A stretch of 64,000 nucleotides of DNA, from contig OZ024745.1 of assembly GCA_964016885.1 (NCBI GenBank), positions 79,360,001 through 79,424,000 of the forward strand. The letters are read 5' to 3'. Shown here in pieces: positions 1-13,609 of the stretch. Each line of letters opens with the position of its first letter. Position 1 is the first letter of the stretch. The position numbers were made by a program, and so were the translations under genes. This stretch comes from Eledone cirrhosa (taxonomy: Eukaryota). The notes beneath the pieces were generated by a model. The model saw nothing but the letters and a program-made list of their open reading frames with translations, made no database searches and was not told the DNA's origin.

Positions 1-515
1 TTTTCCCCCCGTCCATGTAATCATCCAATTTTTTTACCTAGGACTACATTATTCAATGTCTTTTCAAATATGATATGAAGGAGATTTGGCTACAAATTTT
101 AGCAAGCCAAGCAACCAAATAGAGGATGACGAAAAAAAAGTTTCTATGTACAAATAAAAAAGGAAATAATCTTACCTGTAAGACATTTCAAAATTTGGGT
201 TTCACCTACAGAAAGAAGAAAACAAATAATTACATCTATTTTTTTGTAGTTTTAAAAATAATGAAGATCATTTCTTGTTTCTATTTTATTCCATTGCCAG
301 GTTCTTCAGATAACAACTGAAGAATTTCATAAACCAAAATTAGAGAAAAGGATATTAAGTTTTTAACCAAAATTGGAATATCATCATCATCACCGTTTTA
401 CATCCATTTTTCCATGCTAGCAGTTGTCCTGTTGTGGGCACTGCTTGGTCAGGTGACCATGTCTTGCACATACAGAACTGATTAATTTTTACAGCTGGTT
501 GCCCTTCCTAACGCC

Positions 516-960
516 AACCCTTCGGGTGGTTTTCCTGCTAGCATGTGTAGTGTGTATATTGATATTATACACATATTATATACATGTAGATATGATACAT
601 CAAATAAAATCGTAATTGACAATATACACAGAAATTGAACGAAGACTGCGTTACACTGTCTTATGTAATCAGTAAAGTAATCCATGATACATTAAAAAAA
701 GACGATATTATATTAGTGACAGAAAATTAGTATGTTTATTCAAGCGATCGCCAACCGGAAGTGTTGACATTTCAGAAATTTTAAAGAAGTGAATCTTTAA
801 ATAAACAAAATATATTTAATCAACAGCCACGAAATTTAGTAGATAAATTATGTAATATTCATTCATTATTTATTCAAAGTAATCCAACTTATTTTACTAA
901 TGGGATAAAAAATTATAAACCGTACGCAGTCCCGCGCTCCTCCCTTTATTATAGTTTAGA
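516..960 (-). mobile_element. Non-autonomous Helitron, copy 1 (3' end lost at the terminal hairpin)
   Basis: Reverse complement matches 10656-11095. On - it starts A|TCTAAACTATAA and ends at ...AAAACCACCCGAAGGGT, fused to an RTE-tail repeat. Confidence 0.75.
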
Positions 961-1261
961 TTGATTAATGGCTTCTTTTCTGTTTATACAATCTATGTTA
1001 TAAGAGCTGTTCCACTATAAAACAATAAAGTCCTTACATCTTCTGGCAGTGCATGTAAGCTATAGAAACCAACGTGTATTATTGGAACTTTATCATAACA
1101 ATCTAGCAATGACATTGACAGCCAAATGAAACTAAAAATCGCTAAATTACAAATGATTGATTTGTGAATATTGTTTTTGTAATCTTTCTGCAAATTCAGT
1201 TTAAGAGTAAGAAAAATGTATTCATAAAAATGTTTCTAGGAAATTAAACATAAAAGGCATG

Positions 1262-1367
1262 GCGAGGTTAACTTTGCCTTTCATCCTTACGGGATCGATA
1301 AAATAAAGTACCAGTAATACACTGAGATAATTGTTGGCCTTGTGCCAAAAGTAGAAACAATTATTAT
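1262..1367 (+). mobile_element. 5'-truncated tRNA-derived SINE
   Basis: Shares GGTTAACTTTGCCTTTCATCCTTACGGG..GATAAAATAAAGTACCAG and the GGCCTTGTGCCAAAAGTAGAAACAATTATTA tail with copies at 8555, 14600 and 43082. Confidence 0.75.
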
Positions 1368-1407
1368 AGAACACCTCACATTTTTTTCCTCGGTTATTTC
1401 GATATTT

Positions 1408-1664
1408 ATCTAACCTCCAAAATGCTGGCAGTCAACTTTTTCCCCCAGAGAACGGAGGGGGGGGGGGGTGATGCCACCCTCGGACTTTTCTCTGCGACTT
1501 TTTTTTTTGCCGAATGATAACAAATAGGGCCTCCAATCCGGTCGGTCGGAAATGACTAGATTCGTAGAAAAAATGGGAGAAAAGACCATCGGAGTTTCAC
1601 TGTTCTACACCTCTCGCGTTTGGTGAGGAAAAAAAGTTGATTACCAGCACCTTGGAGGTTAGAT
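1408..1664. mobile_element. MITE with ~35-bp terminal inverted repeats
   Basis: ATCTAACCTCCAAAATGCTGGCAGTCAACTTTTT ... AAAAAGTTGATTACCAGCACCTTGGAGGTTAGAT; no ORF. Confidence 0.7.
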
Positions 1665-2289
1665 TAGTTGATAGCACACGAAAAATAAAAACGAGGAAAA
1701 AGTTTTTCCCCACTGAAAACAAATGTGATACGCTATAAATTTACCATAGTATAAATAGTTATGTGCAAAAAAAAAAAAAAAAAAAGTTTAAATTCATGAA
1801 TATAGATAGCGAACTAAATAAGTTAAGTTTCTAGATGTGTATCCAGTTTAGAATAGGTACACCTTATTCATGGGTATGTGATAGGAAGGGCATCAGGCTG
1901 TAAAACATTACGCCAATTACCCATGCCAACATAAAATTGATGTACTGTGTTGCCTCTTTAGCTTTCCCTTTGTCCATTGCCATGTATTGTCAATATTTTG
2001 TATATCTTGGGATTGTTGAGATCTACAAAGTTCTACTCGTGAATAGTATACCTCCCACCACCAGATATAATTTGAGTTCCTGGGGAAAACCCACCATTAA
2101 ATAATTTCTGCCAATGTACCCATGAATACAGCCACACATCTCGACTCATTGAGACACACACTCAATTCATTTGCCATAAGTCAAACATTCCCACAGCATT
2201 TATATGGGAGAGAGCAATTGACAGAATCACCCATCAAGCCACACCACAATAAACAATAATAACAAACTCAAACCATCTCTCGCGCTACA

Positions 2290-2730
2290 TTTAAAATATA
2301 CATGTCTACAATACCATGTCGTCCACAAATTCCAACCGACTGATCCTGCCAGTCTCGATACCACTTCCAACCCGGCTGCGCATGTCAATACAGTTCATGA
2401 ATAGGCGAGGTGACAGAAGCTGTCCATCGATCACATACTTCTGCAGAACCTTCCAGAGCAGGTCCCGTAGAACGCGGCCGTATGCCTTTTCGGTGTCTAC
2501 GAAATAAGCATACACCTATGGGTAGTACTCCCACGATTTCTCAAAACCTATCGCTGTGTGAATATTTGGTCGGTTGTGCTGCGTCCGGGGTGAAAACCGC
2601 ACTGTTCAGCTAGCTTGAACTCGTCAATCTTCCTCAATCTCTTTGCCAGACTCTGAGCATAGACATTACCGGGGAAGCTTAACAAGGAGATTCCTCTATA
2701 GTTGGAGCAATTTCTCGTTTCCCTGTTTGA
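2290..2730 (-). mobile_element. RTE-clade LINE reverse transcriptase fragment (degenerate)
   Basis: YAYFVDTEKAYGRV (FVDxEKAYD motif) and LEFVDDMVL (YADD-like); frameshifted. Confidence 0.7.
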
Positions 2731-4034
2731 AAATTGTTAAAAATGTTCACTTTCAATAATGAAAGTAACGTGATTCGTGGAAATGTTAGTTCATAGGTGC
2801 TCTTTTTGGAAACGCTATCAACTTAATTCATATAATTATGCATAAACAACATTCTTATTTTAAGGAAAAAAAAACAATTTTAATATTAATCATTACGTAA
2901 AATTTTGTTTTAATCACGGGGATTTAGTCCTACCTACACTTTCTTTAAATGTAGAGAAGTTAACAGCTCTTGAATTGAAACTAAAACAAGTTGGGCTTGT
3001 CTCCATGGAGATCGATCTCTTAAAAACGATTCAATAGAAAACCATCAGGGGTGGGGAACTAAATTTGAAAATAGCATTCTACATTAAACATATTGACTGC
3101 TTTTAAGCTTCGAAACCAAAAAAATAACAATGGTGAACCTGCAATTACACAAAAATCGTGTGGTAGATTAGGCTAAAATATTCTACCGAGAAAATAAATA
3201 TAAAAGAGATACGGAAAGACTGAAAACTTTTTAATAATCATAAATGCATCAAGACAGCCAAAATTGTATTAGGTCAAAGTATCAAAAACACATTTTTCCT
3301 TCTAAACATACCTAAAACTTTTATGTTGATTATTTTTTCCTTTAAAAAAAAAATTCGATTTTAATGGATTTAAATGCATATATCATGACCGTTTTAAATT
3401 AAATACTTGACCAATTCTGCTTAATGTTGCATTCTTATTAACTTCTTCATTGTGTGAATAGACAATAGGTTGCTATTGTACGATAAACAACCAGATGAGT
3501 TTTGTCAGCAAAATGGGTTTCAATTCAGAGAATTAACACTGAAGATTAGTTTCGATTCGTTCTCCCAATTGAAAAAGATTTATTTGGTTATCTTTTTTAA
3601 ATCTGTAGCTACATTTATAAAAATCATTAATTCCTATTTATATATTTCTCAAGATGAACCTGATGATTTAAATGTATTTCCTCTTGAAGCCACTGGTAGT
3701 CATGTGAAACTTAATATGAATACTCAACTTCCACATGGTGTGTTGATTGCTTTTCTATCTACTGTACCCACAACTGTGTGCGTATAGTCTGCGATCGGGA
3801 TTTTACACCTGTCTCTCTATATATATATATATAGGAACGAGTAGGACCCCGACGACTGAGCTCAAGCCGTTTCGACTATTACCCACTCTACTACCCTAAG
3901 TATTGAGTACTTTGGTGCGTTATAGTCCACCTGGTTCCTTACCACATTTCCTTCGTTATCTATATATATACCTAACTCGTCCCATGGACTGAGTGCTCTA
4001 CCACCTACGGATATTACCTTCCAGTGTTCTACCA

Positions 4035-4085
<51 letters not shown>

Positions 4086-4819
4086 TATTCATGTGTCTTT
4101 AACTGTTTATACTAACTGAGCGAAAAGTTCAATACCTATTCGAGTACAAATAACTTATACAGTATTGATTAACAAGAAATCAGTAAAATAACTTTTAACG
4201 CTGGTGGACTATTAAATAGTCGCGAAATTCACCCTCGTGGATATATGAACATGAACACGATTTCACATATTCTTCGCGCTTATCTCCATTGTCAATGAAT
4301 CCATCCATGTGCGTTGCAAATTTGTACTATTATTTTATATAAAATCGAGTTAGTAATATATCATTCGGATAGTTACTATGTTGGGCGGTGTAAACTTAAA
4401 AGAAATACAGATATTTTTCGTCGTTTTAATCAAGTCGAGCTAACAAGTAACAACCAAGTACTATAGTCGTCCAAAATGTGGTCCGTCTGATTTTTCTGAT
4501 TTTATGGCAAATTAAAGAAATTATTATTATTTAGTAAAAAAAAAAATCATGCTACTAACACAAGCGCTTACCTGAAAAATTTGAATTTGTTCCAAAGAAA
4601 TAATTCCTTCCAGAGAGATAATATATACATAAAAGGATAAGACGTAAAATACTATCAAACGTGGATAGAATCAAACACTGCTGAGAAATCTGCTAGCCGG
4701 AACATTTATGTTGGTTGGTTAATTAGACATGTAACATGGTCTTAGCCAATAGAAATATATGTTTTATTTTCGTAGGATCCAATCAAATCTAGCGTTATAA
4801 AACTTTCCCTTCAACATAT

Positions 4820-5000
4820 AATTTGTCACAAAGCCAGCAATTTAAAGGGGCGGAGAAAGTCGATTAAATCGACCCCATAACGATTAAAGGCAAGCTAACC
4901 TCGGCTTGATTTGAACTCAGAACGCAAAGGGCCACAACTCTATATTGCTAAGCTAAGCATGTTGTCCGACGCTCTACCAATCCTGCCAATTCACCGCCCT
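4820..5000 (-). mobile_element. tRNA-derived SINE
   Basis: On -: GGCGGTGAATTGGCAGGATTGGTAGAGC (A box) ... GAGTTCAAATC (B box). Flanked by near-direct repeats CCTT(C/G)AACATATA. Confidence 0.7.
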
Positions 5001-6698
5001 TCCTTGAACATATATCATTTATTCCTTCACTTTAAATTTTATTAAATAAAAGTTCATTTTCGTTTTTCGTAAATTTAATTTTGACTATTCTCCGAATTAA
5101 AAAAAAATTTCATATTGTGTGGAACAATGAAAACATGTTTATTTTCCATGTTTGCATGGGTTAGATATTTTTCATGTACTGAGGCTAGATTAGTAAGTTG
5201 ATCACGTCAGGCTCACACACGGTTTTTTTTTTGGGGGGGGGGGGGCTTGGTTTCTACGGCTGGATGCCCTCCCTAACTCCAACCACTTTACAGCACGGAC
5301 TGGGTGCTTTCTTATAAAGTGTGGTGAGTGCGTTGTTATCGTGACACCCATATTGAGAAGCATTGATGGAAGATGGGAGGGAAGTTATAACACCAAGGGA
5401 GACTAAAGTGTTGAGTCATGGAGGTGGCTTTGAAGAGAGTGAGTTGTGTCAATATATTTACAAAATTGGTGCAAACTCTCTTCATCTCCACAGTGTGCAT
5501 AGAATTCCCAGAAAATTTGTGCCTGTATTTCAGACAGTTCTTAAATTGTGATCAACATTCTAACAACTCTGCCAATTCACTTAGATAGATACAAATACTA
5601 CAAGAATAAGTCATCATTATAATCATCATCATCAATATCATCACAGTTCAACATCTATTTTCCATGAATGCATATTATGGGCTGTCATGTTATAAGGCCA
5701 GAGGATTGTTCATACGTTTCATTTATGGCTTTATTTTCTATGGCTGGATGCCCTTCCGAATTCCAATCACTGTACAAGGAGCATTTTTCAAGGCACTAGC
5801 ATTATCTGTCTTTGCAGAGGTAGAACAACAACAACTTTGTTAGATTGATATTTTTAAAGACAGAATAACTTTGCGGATGATGTATAGGGTTAAAATCCAT
5901 TGTAGGTGTTTTGGTGAGTTTCATTGGGGGAAGTGCTTTATATAATATGAACTTAGCAAGCAAATTCTTTTTCGTTCTTTTTGCTCTCCATGGAACCCTC
6001 GTAACGGGAGATCTTTCCACACGGTTGCAAGCTTTGTTGTTCCTGTAGCAATTTTTATTAATGTAGGTAAGGTTGCTAACCTCAGGCTCCATCCATCCTC
6101 CCTTCTCAATACAGGCCATTCAAAGTCAGTTGAAGGGGATGGTAACCCTAGATAGGGACCCATCCGAGGTATTATCAGCTGGTGTCAGTTGACCCTGGGA
6201 CTCAAATCACTTATGTTTATTTTCAAACTTTACTACTCCCCCTAGCTTAACACAACGAACATTCAGTTGTCAAGAGAGGAGATTACTTCAATTACATCAA
6301 TTCAATTGATGTAAATAAAATGATCGAACTCTGTAGTATACCTTCCATTACCCTCAGAAATCAAAAGCAGATAGTTTTTTTAACTTTCTGGGCAGCGTTT
6401 GATAATTACAGAGTTAGCTACTTTATTCTCTATTCAATATAGTCCCACCTACTCGCTACCATGACCCCCACCCAGTTACATTGTTGATACTTGTACTAAA
6501 GAAACTAAAAAGCACATCTTTTGACCGGATATTTATTGTACACGGAACATTTTATTAGTGCTCTTTTGATTTTTCAACACCGTACACTTCAAAACAAGCG
6601 CGGCACATTAGAGCGGGAAATTTCTAACGACACGTCTTTGGTACTTACGGCGTCTTTGATCAATAAGCAAATTTTTAAACATCATTACCAGCAAAAAC

Positions 6699-6886
6699 AT
6701 GAGTGATCAAAGTAAAATAACCGACACAGACACATTCATTCCTTCCAACGATGCAGCAGCTGATACGGTTAACGATAAGCAGGTAGAAGAGAGCGGCGAC
6801 AAAATAAATACACAACCTAAACAGAAACGGTTTAAATTCTTAAAAGATGCATTAGACAAAGTGTTTGCCAAAGTTTCGGCTGGCCG
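6699..6886 (+). CDS. PMF1: PMF1/Nnf1 (MIS12 complex) exon 1
   Basis: ATG...KRFKFLKDALDKVFAKVSAG(R), donor CG|GTGAGT. The five exons splice in phase to a 215-aa protein resembling PMF1. Confidence 0.85.
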
Positions 6887-8554
6887 GTGAGTTCAATTTT
6901 TTGGTGAAGTTTCGCAATAAACATCCTACGTAAATGACTTTATTTATTTCCACGTTTTGAATCGGGGTGTTTACAACTTTTTAACAGTCACCCCAGTTTT
7001 CTCCCACCCAACATTTAGTTTTTTTAGTTTTTCGAAAAAACCTTTAAAATGATATATTTATTTATGGTAAATTTACAGAAAAACACCTCGCAGCCATTCG
7101 GTGGGAAATTGTTCTTGTTCCTATTATTTTCACTCCGTGTATTTTCAAATTAGTCGGAAACGTCTCATTTTTTAGGAAATGGAGTTAGTGAGGAACCTCG
7201 GAGGTTTAGGTATTTTCGTGTTTTCAACGAATCTGATCTTCAAATCTGTCGGAGAGTAATGATAAAATGGAATCATAAGATCATGTACAATATATTATGA
7301 ATGTTCGGCTATTTCTACATTAGTTTGTCGAACACTCAGGTACATATATATTTGTGTGTATTTCTCGTGTTTTTTAAATCTAATTGGGGATCCTTCGTCG
7401 TAAGTGTCTACGCGATGTAAACAATAGCTTTTTTTTTCATGTGCTGTCAGTTAAACTTACCCCCTAATGTAGTCCTAAGGACTATTGAAAACACACTTTC
7501 ATATTGCCCAAGGCTTCACACTCATTAGACACTGTACGACTTGATGTCAGCTGATAGGTTGCTTCATATCAGAAACAATTAAATAAGTGTGGTACTGAAC
7601 CTACAATCTTAGATATATACCTCCATATTCCACACGACAAAAGCTCCACGCCCAAAATGGTTCCCCTGTAGTTGTGCTGCAGCAGTTCAGATTAAAAAGA
7701 AAACAACGCCTATAATGCTAGAAGAAAGTTAAGGTATTTAGTCAATTTTTTTGACACAAGTATTTATTTTTTCAAGTCTGTTGTATATTTTATCAATCTT
7801 TATATATTGAACTGTTAAGTACATCACCGCCGTTTAGCATGAATTGCATGGGTTGTCCTGTTATGGGACAAGTTAGGGAGCATAAACAAGACACACATTC
7901 ACATGCATACATAAACATATGATGGGCTTCTGCACAGTTTCTGTCTGCCAAATTTCACTCACAAGGCACTTGAAGGTGCTAGTGAGTGAGATTGAACCTG
8001 AAACCAAGTGGTTGTGAAGCAACTTAACCACACAGCCAGCACTGCACCATTTAAGATGGTGTTGTTTTAGTTTCAATTTATTCATGATGAAAATGCTATT
8101 ATGCTATTACAAACTCTCTACCCACCCTTTACTGAGGAGTCTGAAATGTTTGATTCTTCACTCAGCAACTGGATGTATTGAACTCTTCTCTGAAGTAATT
8201 GTCAACAGAGACCATCATCAGTTTCTTCACATCATCCCACTGCACAATACTTCCCTGCCTATCAAACACACTGGTACTTAACACTTTTAATACCAAATCA
8301 CCTTAAACCACTTCTGATTCTGCAGTAAAAAACCTTCCATCGAAATATCATTTAAGAACATATGTTAAGTTGTACTCCACAAACCAGCTTAATAATGTGA
8401 AAATTGGTTATATTACTAAACCCACCCAAATTCTACATTATTTTCAAAATTATTTCAAAACCATAGGCATTATTTTTCATTAGAAATATGGGAACAAAAA
8501 GGTTAACGTCAGCCAAATGGTTGGACCATGCCAACTATTGGTAGCTAATATAAT

Positions 8555-8740
8555 TGTTTCGACTTTTGGCACAAGACCATCAATTACCCAGTACATTATT
8601 GGTACTTTATTTTATCAACCCCGTAAGGATGAAAGATAAAGTTAACCTCAACGGGATTTGAACTCAGACCGTAAAGGGACGTAACTATGCTGGAAAGCAT
8701 GGCGTCTGACCCTCTACCGATATTGCCAATTCACCGCCTT
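8555..8740 (-). mobile_element. Full-length tRNA-derived SINE with 17-bp TSD
   Basis: A/B boxes on -; TSD TTGGTAGCTAATATAAT at 8538-8554 and 8741-8757. Confidence 0.85.
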
Positions 8741-8859
8741 TTGGTAGCTAATATAATACATCTTATGCATCTAAATGCTTTCTCAGATTTCCAAAATAAT
8801 CTATAAACTTCCCTTTCATTGTTTCAATCAAAAGGGATCAGAGTAAAATTAGCAAATAC

Positions 8860-9250
8860 AGAAATTTTAGTGAGTAGGAAAGAAGACAGGAATTTAATCC
8901 CACCAGGCAAGTGGTTGTGCTCAATGTGTAAGAAAAAAAAAGAGTAAGTAAGAACTCTAACTGATGTACAAAATGTCAAATATAGGTACACAAGGGATCT
9001 AGTGGGATAACAAGTAGGCTAGTGGAAAAAGTAGACTTTGTATGTGGCAGATATACAGGGAAAGTTGGTAACAGGAAGCCCCCAAAAAAATTTTTTCAAT
9101 CCCAGGAAGTTACCATAGAAGTAATTGATAGTTTCTGTTACCTAAATGACCTATTTAGCAATGGAGGAGGTTGCTCTGAAAGCTTAGTTGTTAGAATAAG
9201 AAAAAAGTTCAAGGAGCTACTTCCCCTGTTGACAACAAAAGGTTTCCCCC
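8860..9250 (+). mobile_element. RTE-type LINE fragment (Cys-rich insert/RT end)
   Basis: DSFCYLNDLFSNGGGCSES..VRIRKKFKELLPLL, homologous to the 11268 and 34242 copies. Confidence 0.7.
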
Positions 9251-9719
9251 TATTTCTAAAACAATTTATTTTATTTAATACTAGTTTATTTTGTTTAATA
9301 CTACCAGAGGCTACAGTGTTGACAATCAAACTAAGACAATATTGGGTTTGAGAGGACTCATTCAGTCAGGATGAAGATAGGACAATTTCTCTTGTGTTGG
9401 TGCCATGATAGATTATAACCAATACATTCTATAAATTGGTAGTGCTGGGGCCACAAAAAAAAAAAATCACACCAAGCACCCAGTACACTCTGATGGTGTC
9501 ATGGAAAAATGCACCCAGAACCCCCTGTAAGATGGTTGGTGTTAAGAAAGGCATCTAGCTATAGAAACCATGCCAAATATGGAATGTATGACCAAGATGA
9601 AGTTGCTCTGACCGTGACAACCTGTCCAATTCATGCCAGCGTAGAAAGTGGATGTAAAAATGCTTACAATATGTATGTATATTCATTACATATTGTAAGC
9701 ATGTAAATGCTAATGTTAT

Positions 9720-9867
9720 TGTAGCCGGAGGCATTTGGAGTTACCATGCGTCTCTCTGGTCCACGTGGGGGTACTTTCTGCTTGCGTCTGTCTTCGCACG
9801 TCCATCACCTTCCCGGGCGTATAGCTAAGAGGCTCCTCACCCCCCTCTATCTCGCGGCAGTGCCACA
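9720..9867. mobile_element. Solo LTR (short variant) with 5-bp TSD GTTAT
   Basis: TGTAGCC...GCCACA termini; GTTAT at 9715-9719 and 9868-9872; homologous to the LTRs at 39660 and 40610. Confidence 0.85.
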
Positions 9868-10655
9868 GTTATGTTAGACACTTAAATGATATTTGGAAAA
9901 TCGTTGCCAACTCAAGATGAAAGGAATTCTATTTTCCAGCATTATCTGCTCTCAAATGTTATTAAATATTTATCTAATTGGAATTTTTTAACAATGGATT
10001 GACTTTGACAAACAGCATTCAATTGTTTGATAAACTGAACATCTAATTCATGAATTAATATGTAAATGGTTTAGTATTCCACAATTACCTGTACCCATAA
10101 AATAATTCTCAGGTTGAATCAGCGTGACACAATATCTGACAAGGCTAGACCTTTGAATTACTAGGAAAATCCATCTGATAGGTTCTCCACACAATTTTCT
10201 GTCTACTCAATTTCACTCATAGGGTTTGGGTTGGCCCTATGCTATGGTAAAGACACTTGCCGATAATCTCATGCTCTGGGATTCAACTTCATAATTGCTA
10301 AGCAAGCTTCTTAACCACTCAGCCATGCCTGTGTCCATATGTTTTTAGTATAGACCTGGTGTCGCACAGACTGCTGTTCTTGCATCATATGTAACTTTTT
10401 AACATTCCATATGCCAACTTTGAGTGAATTATAGTTATTACATATATTATATATGAAGTTATCTGTTTGCTAAACTTTTTTTAATTCCAAGCATGGAAAA
10501 CAGATGTTAAACAGTAATGATGATAGCAATTATCAAATATTTGGTCATTGCAAATTTAGAAAGTAGTTAATTTTTCCATGATGCTTTAACTTGGGTAAAT
10601 TGTTTAAAATATATTTTAAGATTTTGTTTTATTACTTTGAAAATATCTGCTAATA

Positions 10656-11109
10656 TCTAAACTATAATAGAGGAGTGTGGGACTGCGTCCAGAATATATT
10701 TTTTTATCCCATTTGTATTTTGGATTACTTTGAATAAATAATGAATGAATATTACATAATTTATCTACTAAATTCCATTATTCTTGATTAAATATAAATA
10801 ACTTTGTTGCTTATTTTAAGATCCACTTTTCCGGTTAGCGATCACTTAAATAAACATTCATATATTTCCGTCACTAATTTTCTCCTAATGGAGTTTATAT
10901 ATAATATCGTCTTTTTTTAATGTATCATGGATTACGTTACTGATTATGTAAGACAGTGTAATGCAGTCTTCGTTCAATTTCTGTGTATATTGTCAATTAC
11001 GATTCTATTTGATGTATCATATCTACATGCATATATACTTACGTATAATATCAATATGCACACTACACATGCTAACAGAAAACCACCCGAAGGGTGGTTT
11101 TTCTGCTAG
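10656..11109 (+). mobile_element. Non-autonomous Helitron, complete copy
   Basis: A|TC 5' end, 3' hairpin AAAACCACCC-GAA-GGGTGGTTTT, CTAG|T 3' end, no TSD. Second copy at 516-960. Confidence 0.85.
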
Positions 11110-11136
11110 TGATTATAATTTATCATTTCCATTCAG

Positions 11137-11242
11137 GTTGTCTTGGTACATAAAGCAGTTTCCAACTTTGCATCAACAGAACCCAAGCATCTTAAAAATT
11201 CTCCGAGAACAAGTTATTCATCAACTAGAGACAAGTATCAAA
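11137..11242 (+). CDS. PMF1: PMF1/Nnf1 exon 2
   Basis: Acceptor CCATTCAG|, LSWYIKQFPTLHQQNPSILKILREQVIHQLETSIK (cf. PMF1 FIAQLQTSIR), donor |GTAATT. Confidence 0.85.
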
Positions 11243-11267
11243 GTAATTTCATCATTATAATCTTTTT

Positions 11268-13050
11268 CATCATCATCATCATCATCATCATCACCGTTTT
11301 ACGTCCGTTCTTCCACGCTAGCATGGGTTAGACGGGTTGTCCTGTTGTGGGCAGTGTCTGGTCGGCTGACCATGCCTTGCTCATACAGGAACTGATTTGG
11401 CTTGATTTCTACAGCTGGATGCCCTTCCTAACACCAACCTCATTTACAGTGAGTGCTGGGTGCTTTTTCCGTGGCGCCTACACGTCCACTTTACAGTGTG
11501 GGCTGGGTGCTTTTTTGCAGTGGCACCTCCACGACCACCTTGCGGTGGGAGGTGTGGGGGCGTATTGTCTATATGCTTCAGCTTGTACCCATGGGAGGTT
11601 GGGTACTCTGTATTACTGCGTGACGCCAGAAGTCACGGTCGTGTGTAATTGGGTAAGGTCGGCTTTTATCACCTCATCCCAGGTCATCTTGGGTCTCCCC
11701 ACTCCGCGGTTTCCATCAACTTCTAGTGCTCTGCACCTTTTTATGCAGCTGTCATCCTTCATACGTATCACATGTCCATACCAGCGCAACCTCCTCTCCT
11801 GCACACAGCATTTGATTCCTCTTATGCTCAGTCTCTCTCTCAATTCATTTATGCTTTGTCGTTCACGTATATTACTGTTACACATCCATCGGAGCATGCA
11901 GGCTTCGTTTCTCTCTAATCTACGTAAGTCTTCCACCTTCAGCGCCCAGGTCTCACTACCATGCAACATTGCTGTTCGGATACACGCATCATACAGTCTG
12001 CCTTTCATTCTGAGGGAGAAGCCTTTTGCAGCTAGCAGTGGTAGTAGTTCCCTAAACTTCTTCCATCCCGTTCTTACCCTAGTTATTGTACTTTCTGAAC
12101 ACCTGCCTCCGCTGCTAATTCGGTCACCTAGGTAGCAGAAGCTGTCTACTGTTTCTACAGAGCCCTCCCAGAGATTGGTGGTACTTGTTTCCTGTGGCTG
12201 TTTGCTGTTTCAGCACAGCTGCTGCATGTGAAGCCTACATTCTTAATTAAGCTTCCTGAGATCCCGCTACATCTCTTGTGTACCCATTGTTTGCATTTGG
12301 GGCAGAGAATGGAGTTCCTACCTTCACCTTTCCTACATACTGAGCAAGGCCATTTCCCTGAGGGGATCTGGGTTCTGTTTTCTCGTCTACTTACAAGGAC
12401 CTTAGTCTTAGACCCTTTCTTTCTAGTCCCTGCTTCCAAGTTTGGAATTTATTCTCTAGTTCTACCATAGATTCAGCTATGAGTGCGAGGTAATCAGCAT
12501 ACAGGAGTTCCCATGGGCATCCGGTCTTAAACTCCTCCGTTATTGCCTGCAGGACTATGATGAACAGGAGGGGGCCAAGAACAGAGCCCTGGTGGACCCC
12601 AACCTGTACGCTATACTCATTGCTAATCCTAACTTTGCTGACTGCTCCCCTATACATGGCTTGTACCGCTTTCACAAGCCATTCATCTACTCCTAGTTTT
12701 CTAAGAGCCCACCAGATTACAGCACGTGGAACTTGTCAAAGGCTTTCTCAAGGTCGACAAATGCCAAGTAGAGTGGCTTACTTTTAGCTAGGTACTTTTC
12801 CTGTAATTGCCTCACAAGGAAGAGGGCATCAGTGGTGCCTCTTCCTGGTACAAACCCAAATTGCATCTCGTTTATTTTCACCCGGTCCCTAATCAACTGT
12901 GCTATAACTCTTTCTGTTACTTTCATGACCTGGTCCATCAACTTTATACCTCTATAGTTTCCTCTATCTAGTGCATCGCCTTTACCTTTGTAGCAGTTGA
13001 CAATGATGCTACTGCACCAATCTTTTGGTATGACACCTTCTAGTATTACA
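11268..13050 (-). mobile_element. 5'-truncated RTE-type LINE (RT + 3' UTR + (GAT)n tail), frameshifted
   Basis: NYRGIKL, QFGF, FVDLEKAFD, GVHQGSVLGP, LYAD, GSETW, LRWYGHV motifs; (CAT)n at the left end. Confidence 0.92.
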
Positions 13051-13609
13051 TTTGTATATTTGTTTTTTCTATGATGACATAAGTTAGACAGTTCTGTTCT
13101 ACTACAGTGTCTCACCAAATGTCATAGTCCTTCCTCTGATAAACAATATAGTAGGGAGAACTGCTAATATTTGTTATGTTGTTTTTATTTATGCCTGCTT
13201 GTGAAAGTAGCTGACCATTCCACAGATACGCATGAACTTAACATAGTCCTTAGAGAGATTTCATGTGACACAATGTATGATAAGGCTGGCCTCTTGAATT
13301 ACAGGCACAACTCATTTTTGCCAGCTAAGTTGACTGGAGCGACATGAAATACTGGTTTGCTCAAGGCCACAAGATCCCACAACCTTATGATCATGAACTG
13401 AACCTCTCTAACCACTAAGCACTTTTTTTAGTTCAAATATTGTCTGCCATTTCTTTTATTAACTTAACCTTTTTGATACCAGCTATCTGACCGACTGAAG
13501 CATAAACTGACGCACATTCACTCCTAGACAGAGATATGACTTTAGTTTCTTTCAACATTACAATGTCAATTACTGTTCCCATCATGATGCCTGCATAAGA
13601 ATTGTTATG

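Noticed and set aside
482-685. Duplicated small protein MDYFTDYIRQ... (also 10927-11109)
   Set aside because: Lies inside two copies of a non-autonomous Helitron; no domain recognised.
11347-12135. 262-aa plus-strand ORF
   Set aside because: Antisense shadow of the RTE reverse transcriptase.
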